Shown in pieces: positions 57,163-64,000 of a DNA stretch of 64,000 nucleotides. Every line of letters begins with the position of its first letter. Position 1 is the first letter of the stretch. Below the pieces are notes generated by a model. That model ran no database searches. It was not told the DNA's origin and worked only from the letters and a program-made list of their open reading frames with translations. The translations under genes and the position numbers were made by a program. The stretch is taken from positions 193,946 to 257,945 of the forward strand of contig JBAZRH010000002.1 in assembly GCA_041663045.1 (NCBI GenBank), written 5' to 3'. This DNA comes from Minisyncoccota bacterium. GTDB taxonomy: Bacteria > Patescibacteriota > Minisyncoccia > Phycocordibacterales > GWA1-40-21.

Positions 57163-57311
57163 CAAAATAAGCAAATTTATTTGCTTATGTAATTGGGGAC
57201 GAGAAAACCGGAGCGATGCCGAGCCAGCAGGCGAGGCCGTGAGGCGGGGTCGAGAGTTTTTGTGAGCGACGGCGAACAAAAAACTTGTGACCGAGTCCTC
57301 TCCCGTGCACA
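57163..57311 (+). repeat. tRNA-associated structured element (Leu copy)
   Basis: GAGGCGGGGTCG at 57241; GAGCGACGGCGA at 57264; 20 nt duplicate 57292-57311. Confidence 0.87.
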
Positions 57312-57313
57312 TT

Positions 57314-57865
57314 ATGTTATTCACTAGAAAAGGCGACGATGGTAAAACCACAATATTTGGCTGTGATCAGAGGCTTTCAAAGAGTTCTGATATTGCTGAA
57401 GCACTTGGAACACTTGATGAGGCGAATTCTTTCCTTGGAATCTGTAAGGCGAAGATGAGAGAATCGAAAACCAAGATTCTTAATTTAAAGATTGAAGAAA
57501 TTCTACATGCCATCCAAGAAAACTTATTTATAATACAAGCACAAGTCGCTGGTGGTGACAAAAGAATCGATAAAGAAAAAATTTCTGAAATGGAAAGTCT
57601 GATAGGAGGGATAGAAAGCGAATTGCCACCCATAAAATCATTTATGATTTCTGGCAGTACCGAAATATCCGCACTTTTCGATTTCGCTCGCACACTTTGC
57701 CGACGTGCTGAAAGGAGAGTGGTAGCAGTAAGTGAAGAAAACCTTGCGAAGATAGATGAAGAAACCCTCGCATATCTCAACCGCCTCTCAAGCTTAATCT
57801 ATGCTCTGGCTAGATATTTCTCCAAAGAAGCCGGTATAAAGGAAGAATCTCCAGAATATAAATAA
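57314..57865 (+). CDS. PduO-type ATP:cob(I)alamin adenosyltransferase
   Basis: TRKGDDGKT, GTLDEANS, RTLCRRAER, YLNRLS. Confidence 0.9.
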   Translation: MLFTRKGDDGKTTIFGCDQRLSKSSDIAEALGTLDEANSFLGICKAKMRESKTKILNLKIEEILHAIQENLFIIQAQVAGGDKRIDKEKISEMESLIGGIESELPPIKSFMISGSTEISALFDFARTLCRRAERRVVAVSEENLAKIDEETLAYLNRLSSLIYALARYFSKEAGIKEESPEYK

Positions 57866-57911
57866 GACAAAAACTAGATTTTAATCAAAAAATCTGTTAT
57901 AAATACCCCAT

Positions 57912-57985
57912 GGTGCTCATAGTGTAGCGGCTCTGCACGATTCCCTGTGGAGGAATAAGTTCCGGTTCGACACCGGATGGGCACC
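57912..57985 (+). tRNA. tRNA-His(GUG) with encoded G-1
   Basis: G-GTGCTCA..TGGGCAC-C, ATTCC-CTGTGGA-GGAAT. Confidence 0.88.
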
Positions 57986-58011
57986 CATTTAATTATGTTA
58001 TACTTTCTCCC

Positions 58012-58746
58012 ATGCTTATTTTAATTGCCATTGGAGCCTTTGTAGCGACCATTTTGGGTGGATTATTTGCTATTCGTTTTAGAGATAAACTTCATCTAAT
58101 ACTTGGTTTTAGTGCTGGAGCGGTGCTCGGAGTCGCTTTTTTTGACCTTTTACCCGAGGCAATAAGTTTGGGAAATAAATTTTATGAGATATCTTATGTC
58201 ATGGGCTTTGTCGCTCTTGGCTTTATCTTTTATCTCATTTTAGACAGACTAACTCTTCTACATTGCCACGATGAAGGTTGTGATCATGGACACTCCGAAG
58301 AAAGCAAACAAAATAAGGGTGTTTTTGGAGCAATAAGTCTTTCGGTTCACAGTTTCTTAGATGGTGTGGCTGTAGGAATCGGTTTTCAGGTTTCAGTTGC
58401 TGTGGGTGTTGTGATAGCCGTCGCTGTGCTTGTCCACGACTTTTCAGATGGCTTAAATACTGCTAGCTTGATATTGAGAGGCGGGGGAGAGAAGAAAAAG
58501 GCTTTCAGATTTTTGATTATTGATGCCTTAGCTCCAGTCTTAGGTATATTCTCGACATTTCTTTTTATCCTGCCAGAGAAATCTTTCAGTATAATCCTCG
58601 CTCTATTTGCCGGTTTTTTCTTATACATAGGCGCAAGTGATCTCTTGCCAGAAAGCCACCACGCACATCCAAAAATCTTTACTACTATCATGACCCTTTT
58701 GGGTATGGGGCTTTTATATCTTGTTATAAGTCTGACTAGTTTTTAG
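58012..58746 (+). CDS. ZIP-family metal transporter
   Basis: His-rich loop, HSFLDG, HDFSDG, DLLPESH. Confidence 0.9.
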   Translation: MLILIAIGAFVATILGGLFAIRFRDKLHLILGFSAGAVLGVAFFDLLPEAISLGNKFYEISYVMGFVALGFIFYLILDRLTLLHCHDEGCDHGHSEESKQNKGVFGAISLSVHSFLDGVAVGIGFQVSVAVGVVIAVAVLVHDFSDGLNTASLILRGGGEKKKAFRFLIIDALAPVLGIFSTFLFILPEKSFSIILALFAGFFLYIGASDLLPESHHAHPKIFTTIMTLLGMGLLYLVISLTSF

Positions 58747-58775
58747 TTATCAACAGGTCTGATAAACCCTAGCCG

Positions 58776-58803
58776 TTGACAATACCCCTAGGGGGTATAT
58801 ACT
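58776..58803 (+). promoter_or_regulatory. Sigma-70 promoter with CsoR operator
   Basis: TTGACA..TATACT enclosing ATACCCCTAGGGGGTAT, a TACC/GGTA C/G-tract site typical of CsoR/RcnR. Confidence 0.85.
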
Positions 58804-58812
58804 TGTCTATAT

Positions 58813-59076
58813 ATGAATATACAGAGAAAAAGACTTGTCCGTAGATTAAAGATTATTGAAGGGCAGATAAGAGGCCTCCAAGAAATGCTTTTGAAAGATA
58901 AATACTGTATTGATGTCATCACTCAAACATCGGCAGTAAAGCAGGCGCTCTCCGGAGTAGAGGACGCACTTATGGAGAATCATCTTGGTACATGTCTTAT
59001 AGCCCAGATTAAAAAGGGTAAAGAGAAAAAAGCTACCGACGAAATACTGAAAGTCTATAGGCTTAAAAGGAAATAA
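58813..59076 (+). CDS. csoR: CsoR-family metal-sensing repressor
   Basis: RLKIIEGQIRG, YCIDV, HLGTC. Confidence 0.9.
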   Translation: MNIQRKRLVRRLKIIEGQIRGLQEMLLKDKYCIDVITQTSAVKQALSGVEDALMENHLGTCLIAQIKKGKEKKATDEILKVYRLKRK

Positions 59077-59079
59077 AAT

Positions 59080-61347
59080 ATGAGCTACATGAAAGCTTTT
59101 AAAATAAAAGGGATGCATTGCGCATCATGTGCCGGTATCATTGAGAAGACACTTAAGAAAAGTGTCGGAGTTTCTTTTGTAGAAGTGAATTATGGTACCG
59201 AGACGGCAAAAGTTGGATTTGATGAAACAAAAACAGATATAAATGGTTTATCCAGCAAAATAAATCCCCTCGGCTACTATTTTTTAACAGAAGAAGATCA
59301 CTCAAATCATGCTGGCATAAATCATTCAAAAGCAGATAAAATGGTTGAACTTAAAGACATGAAAAACAAAGTTATTTCTGCTATACCACTTGCAGTGATC
59401 AGTATCTTTATAATGGGATGGGATATTTTTTCTCAGTTTAACTTTGCGCCAGATATGCCTTATGTTTGGAAAGAGTTTTCCCATCATCTGCTTCCAGTAA
59501 TGGCCACTTATATGTTATTTGTCGTAGGCAAGCCATACCTTCTAGGCGTTTATCGTTTCCTGCGTTTCGGCAAGGCAAATATGGATACCCTTATAGGTAT
59601 AGGAACATCTGTTGCTTTTCTTTACAGTTTCATCGTCGGTGCTTTTGAAGAAAGTCTGAAGTTTTTTATAAATGTTGAAAATACTTATTTCGATGTGGTC
59701 ATCGTCGTCGTAGCGTTTATCACTCTTGGTAAATATCTTGAAGCCAGATCAAAACTAAAAACAGGTGATGCCATAGAAAAACTTTTAAATCTTCAGGCGA
59801 AGACCGCGCTGGTCGTAAGGAGCGGAAGTGAAATCGAGATACCGATAGGCGAAGTCATACATGGAGATTTGATCATTATAAAACCAGCTGGAAAAATACC
59901 AGTGGACGGTATACTTACTGAAGGGCACTCTTTTGTAGACGAAGCGATGATTTCCGGTGAACCAATACCGGTAGAGAAAAGCATAGGAGACACTGTCGTC
60001 GCAGGGACGATCAATACGACAGGTACTTTTATCTTCAAGGCGATAAAAGTTGGCTCTGAAACTATGCTTGCTAATATTATAAAGATGGTTGAGGAGGCAC
60101 AGGGGAGTAAAGCGCCGATCCAGGCTCTCGCAGACAAAATATCAAGTATTTTTGTGCCAATTGTTTTAGTCATAGCGTTTCTCGCTTTGATTTTATGGCT
60201 TGCTATCGGCACATATTTTCTCGGTTTTTCACAAGCTCTTTCTGCCGGACTCGTTTCGTTTGTGGGGATTCTCGTAATCGCTTGCCCTTGCGCTTTGGGG
60301 CTTGCTACTCCGACAGCTATAATCGTCGGTGTTGGTAAAGGTGCTCACGCAGGTATCCTTGTCAAAGATGCAGGGACACTCCAGAAACTTCATAAGGTAA
60401 ATGTGGTTGTGGTTGATAAGACAGGGACGATAACAAAGGGAAAGCCAGAACTTGTATCAATACAGAATCTCTCTGACGAAGAAGACTCTAAGATAATCTC
60501 GATACTTGCTACGCTTGAAAATAAATCCGAACACCCGATAGCGCAAGCGATCATCTCTTATGCAAACTCAAATAAAATTAAACTTTTGACCGTAGACAAA
60601 TTTGAGGCGGTGAAAGGGAAGGGGTTGAAAGGTGTCATCAATGGAGTTGAATATTTTGCCGGCAATACAAAGATGATGCAAGAACTCGGACTCCCTCTTG
60701 ACTTAAAAGCTTTGGAAAAAGAGACGAGCGAAGGGAAGACACCTGTAATCCTTGCGATTTCAAATAAAATTCTTGGTGTTATAATGGTTGCAGATACGAT
60801 AAAGAAAGAGGCGATATCGGCTGTCTCAGATCTTCACAAGCTTGGCATAAAGACAGTGATGCTTACTGGTGATGATAAGAATACAGCTAGGTTTATCGCC
60901 AGTCTTGTCGGCATAGACGAGGTCGTGGCGGAAGTGATGCCGGAGGACAAGCTCAATGTGATTAGGAAGCTTCAATCGGAGGGGAATATAGTAGCGATGG
61001 CCGGTGATGGAGTAAATGATTCCCCAGCTCTTGCACAGGCAGATGTAGGTATAGCCATGGCGACAGGAACAGATGTGGCGATTGAGAGTGCTGGCATCAC
61101 ACTTCTTCACGGAGATATTTCAAAGCTTGTAAAAGCGATCAGACTTTCAAAGATGACAATGCTTGGTATAAAGCAGAACCTTTTCTGGGCATTCTTCTAC
61201 AATATTGTCGGGATACCTCTTGCTGGAGGATTATTTTATCCGATTTTTGGTTGGCTACTTTCACCAGTATTTGCAGGTCTTGCTATGGCATTCTCAAGTG
61301 TGTCTGTGGTAGGCAATTCACTCCGTATTAAAGTTAAAAAGTTATAA
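59080..61347 (+). CDS. copA: Copper-translocating P1B-type ATPase
   Basis: GMHCASC, CPCALGLATP, DKTGT, HP, GDGVND, YN..MAFSS. Confidence 0.95.
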   Translation: MSYMKAFKIKGMHCASCAGIIEKTLKKSVGVSFVEVNYGTETAKVGFDETKTDINGLSSKINPLGYYFLTEEDHSNHAGINHSKADKMVELKDMKNKVISAIPLAVISIFIMGWDIFSQFNFAPDMPYVWKEFSHHLLPVMATYMLFVVGKPYLLGVYRFLRFGKANMDTLIGIGTSVAFLYSFIVGAFEESLKFFINVENTYFDVVIVVVAFITLGKYLEARSKLKTGDAIEKLLNLQAKTALVVRSGSEIEIPIGEVIHGDLIIIKPAGKIPVDGILTEGHSFVDEAMISGEPIPVEKSIGDTVVAGTINTTGTFIFKAIKVGSETMLANIIKMVEEAQGSKAPIQALADKISSIFVPIVLVIAFLALILWLAIGTYFLGFSQALSAGLVSFVGILVIACPCALGLATPTAIIVGVGKGAHAGILVKDAGTLQKLHKVNVVVVDKTGTITKGKPELVSIQNLSDEEDSKIISILATLENKSEHPIAQAIISYANSNKIKLLTVDKFEAVKGKGLKGVINGVEYFAGNTKMMQELGLPLDLKALEKETSEGKTPVILAISNKILGVIMVADTIKKEAISAVSDLHKLGIKTVMLTGDDKNTARFIASLVGIDEVVAEVMPEDKLNVIRKLQSEGNIVAMAGDGVNDSPALAQADVGIAMATGTDVAIESAGITLLHGDISKLVKAIRLSKMTMLGIKQNLFWAFFYNIVGIPLAGGLFYPIFGWLLSPVFAGLAMAFSSVSVVGNSLRIKVKKL

Positions 61348-61405
61348 TAGAAATACTTGTCCCGTTAGAAATTCATTTAGATAAAATTATAAATATAAAA
61401 ATATT

Positions 61406-62485
61406 ATGGAAGATAATCAAAAAATTATAGAAGACAATATTAGTAAAATTTCTATTGGGATGCAAAAGACATTTACATTTCACATAAGTGGTATGCACTG
61501 CAAATCTTGCGAGCTTTTATCTGAGAGTGAACTCTCAGAACTTCCGGAGATTATTTCCGTGAAGGCCAATATGAAAACATCAAAAATAGAGGTTATTGGA
61601 GGTTTCCAAGACGAAAATCAAGAGAGCATCGCGATGAGATTGACAGAAGTCTTGAAAAAGCACGGCTACACAATATCTTTGGAACCTATCGGGCGGATAG
61701 AGAATATTTGGTCTGATTTTAAAATTGCTTTACCGATAGCTTTTGTAATAATCGCCAGCTTTTTCCTCTTACAAAAGATGGGTCTTGTGAATCTCATTTA
61801 TTCAGGAAGCACTTCTTATGGGACGATTTTCGTGGTGGGCATCGTAGCTTCTCTTTCAAGCTGTATGGCTGTCGTGGGAGGACTTGTACTTTCAATGTCA
61901 GCGACTTTTGCTAGCTCTGGTAACAAAATGATTCCTCAAACTTTATTTCATGTCGGCAGGTTGATCTCATTCTTTATTCTTGGTGGGCTCCTTGGCGCTA
62001 TAGGCTCGACTCTGGCGATAAATAGCACAGTTTCACTTATCCTTGGTTTTGTTGTTGGTATTGTGATGTTTATTTTAGGATTAAATTTACTTGGGATTTT
62101 CCAATGGACCAAATATATCACTCCATCAATGCCAAGATTTATCTCAAAGCATGCTATTGGAGTTTCAAAGCTTAATCATTCGCTTACCCCGCTTTTCGTC
62201 GGTATTGTGACTTTCTTTCTGCCTTGTGGCTTTACTCAATCAATGCAGATAATCGCTCTTTCGACAGGATCATTTTTCTCCGGTGCGCTGACCATGCTTG
62301 TATTTGCGCTTGGGACGCTTCCTGTCCTTGCTCTTATAAGCTTTAGCTCGGTTGGATTTAAAGATAAAAACAAATCTAGAATCTTTTTGAAAACTGCCGG
62401 ACTTATCGTAATAGCATTTGCCATCCTGAATTTATTAAATGCTCTTGTAGCTTCTGGTTTTATAAGACCAATATTTAATTTCTAA
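61406..62485 (+). CDS. HMA domain plus DsbD_2/TauE-like membrane protein
   Basis: GMHCKSC; SSCMAVVGG; LPCGFTQ; FALGTLP. Confidence 0.85.
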   Translation: MEDNQKIIEDNISKISIGMQKTFTFHISGMHCKSCELLSESELSELPEIISVKANMKTSKIEVIGGFQDENQESIAMRLTEVLKKHGYTISLEPIGRIENIWSDFKIALPIAFVIIASFFLLQKMGLVNLIYSGSTSYGTIFVVGIVASLSSCMAVVGGLVLSMSATFASSGNKMIPQTLFHVGRLISFFILGGLLGAIGSTLAINSTVSLILGFVVGIVMFILGLNLLGIFQWTKYITPSMPRFISKHAIGVSKLNHSLTPLFVGIVTFFLPCGFTQSMQIIALSTGSFFSGALTMLVFALGTLPVLALISFSSVGFKDKNKSRIFLKTAGLIVIAFAILNLLNALVASGFIRPIFNF

Positions 62486-62489
62486 AAGT

Positions 62490-62900
62490 ATGGAAAATAA
62501 AAACATAATTATTTCGATCTTGATTACCGCAATGTTAGTCGGCGGAGCCATATTTTTCGTAGGTAGAGAAAATAATTCTGATATGAATGTGAATCAAGGG
62601 GTTTTAATTTCTGGTGATAATATTTTGATAGAAAATGGCAGGCAGATTATAGACATAGATGTTAAGGGCGGATATTGGCCTAGGAAGACAGTGGCGAAAG
62701 CTGGAATTCCTACTATAATAAGATTTAAGACGAGTAGTACATTTGACTGTTCACTTTCTGTCAGACTTCCAAGTGAGGGTATTAGGAAAATACTTCCGCA
62801 GACCGGAAGCTCAGATATAGATATCGGCACTTCCACAGCTGGCCAATTCTTCGGAACATGTGGAATGGGAATGTATTCGTTTGAAATCGACTTCAATTAA
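62490..62900 (+). CDS. Cupredoxin-domain protein
   Basis: GGYWP, DCS, TCGMGMY. Confidence 0.82.
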   Translation: MENKNIIISILITAMLVGGAIFFVGRENNSDMNVNQGVLISGDNILIENGRQIIDIDVKGGYWPRKTVAKAGIPTIIRFKTSSTFDCSLSVRLPSEGIRKILPQTGSSDIDIGTSTAGQFFGTCGMGMYSFEIDFN

Positions 62901-62903
62901 TTT

Positions 62904-63344
62904 ATGAAAATAATTTTCCTAACGGTTGGTAAGAAGGGGGGCATCACAGACGATGCTGTTTCAGAATATGTAAAAAGATTGCAAAAATATATTTCTGTCG
63001 AAAGGGTGATTTTGCCGAATTCAAATAAGAAGAAAGAAAATGAAACGATTGCGAAACACCTTTCAGATGAAGATTTTGTCGTTGCCCTAGACGAGAAGGG
63101 AAAGGGACTCTCAACCCTTGAACTTGCCAAGTTTTTAGAAGGGAAGATGATCTCTGGTGAGAAAAAGATTATTTTTGTGATCGGTGGGGCGTATGGATTA
63201 GACGAATCTATTATAAAAAGAGCAGATATGATATGGTCTCTTTCAAAGCTCACTTTTCCACATGAGATAGCGTGGATTGTCTTAGCCGAATCTGTATACC
63301 GAGCTTTTACTGTTATAAAAGGAGAGTCATATCATCATGCGTAG
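62904..63344 (+). CDS. rlmH: 23S rRNA pseudouridine1915 N3-methyltransferase
   Basis: LDEKG, FVIGGAYG, LSKLTFPH, YRA..YH. Confidence 0.93.
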   Translation: MKIIFLTVGKKGGITDDAVSEYVKRLQKYISVERVILPNSNKKKENETIAKHLSDEDFVVALDEKGKGLSTLELAKFLEGKMISGEKKIIFVIGGAYGLDESIIKRADMIWSLSKLTFPHEIAWIVLAESVYRAFTVIKGESYHHA

Positions 63345-63353
63345 TCTATTTAT

Positions 63354-63953
63354 ATGGAAAGATATGTGAACATCATAAAAGATGGAGGAATAGGTGTCAT
63401 ACCGACAGATACTATTTATGGCATAGTTGCCAGTGCCTTTTCCATAGAGGGAGTTGAAAAGGTTTATAAAATAAAAGGGCGCGATTCGAAAAAACCGCCA
63501 GTGATTTTGATAAGCTCCGTGAAAGACTTGAATCTTTTTGGAGCAAGGCTGACAGAAAAGGCCAAAATTTTTATGAAAAAATTTTGGCCGGGCAGGATAA
63601 GTGTTGCTCTTTCTGTAGATAAAGTTGGATTAGACCATCTGGATCGGCTGGATGGAACTCTTGCCTTCAGATTACCGGACAAAAAAGACTTAATTGAATT
63701 TTTGAAAAAAACCGGCCCTATAATAGCACCAAGTGCCAATCCGGAGGGTATGCCACCGGCGAGAAATATTGAAGAAGCTAGGAAATATTTTGGCCTGCCC
63801 GGCCAGGGAGACAAAGTAGATTTTTATGTAGACGAAGGAGAGATTTCAGGTTTATCATCAACTCTCGTAAAAATAGTAGATAACGAGGTATCAATATTAC
63901 GCGAGGGTGCAATTAAAAGTGATGATATAATAAAAGTATGGAAAGAAATATAA
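63354..63953 (+). CDS. tsaC: L-threonylcarbamoyladenylate synthase (YrdC/Sua5)
   Basis: PTDTIYG, KGR..KP, WPG, APSAN, LREG. Confidence 0.92.
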   Translation: MERYVNIIKDGGIGVIPTDTIYGIVASAFSIEGVEKVYKIKGRDSKKPPVILISSVKDLNLFGARLTEKAKIFMKKFWPGRISVALSVDKVGLDHLDRLDGTLAFRLPDKKDLIEFLKKTGPIIAPSANPEGMPPARNIEEARKYFGLPGQGDKVDFYVDEGEISGLSSTLVKIVDNEVSILREGAIKSDDIIKVWKEI

Positions 63954-64000
63954 TAATTTTTTCGGATGGTTCATCGAGAGGAAATCCTGGTCCTGGTGGC

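Noticed and set aside
58012-62900. Metal-homeostasis cluster (ZIP, CsoR, CopA, HMA-DsbD_2, cupredoxin) as a novel system
   Set aside because: This is a well-known copper-resistance arrangement with a canonical CsoR operator.
1-64000. CRISPR array or cas genes
   Set aside because: No run of identical 23-50 bp repeats with unique spacers and no Cas-like ORF was seen.
1-64000. Alternative genetic code (UGA read as Gly)
   Set aside because: Conserved genes are full length under code 11 with no in-frame TGA, and several ORFs end in TGA.

Overview
This window looks like chromosomal DNA from a small-genome, AT-rich bacterium, most likely Patescibacteria/CPR (Parcubacteria-like). That call is an inference from gene content: rny, hup, clpP, pnp, rpsO, rplS, recJ, comM, pilMNO, CsoR-CopA, several TrmB-type regulators, and core genes mostly without Shine-Dalgarno (SD) sites. 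TGA is read as stop (code 11). Positions 1-11.2 kb are an AT-rich island next to the 3' end of tRNA-Lys, holding three glycosyltransferases (one fused to a nucleotide kinase), a kinase, HD, HAD and NUDIX hydrolases, a PLP decarboxylase and an exporter. The rest is core genome with ten intact tRNAs, one decayed tRNA, three type II toxin-antitoxin (TA) pairs and a parS/DnaA-box cluster at about 25-26.4 kb. Five less explained signals stand out. (1) A family of 90-300 bp structured elements sits at tRNA 3' ends, each ending in a direct copy of its own tRNA's 3' end; most also carry an inverted T-arm copy around shared core motifs. (2) Three loci have a TrmB regulator divergent from an array of small orphan genes; two of them carry a conserved ~100 nt structured spacer with boxA and SD. 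(3) Many orphan genes appear as self-contained promoter-boxA-SD-ORF-terminator cassettes. (4) A ~285 nt unit with promoter and terminator but no ORF lies beside the parS cluster. (5) REP-like palindromes are inserted in frame in housekeeping genes. All of this was read by eye; no searches or folding programs were run.
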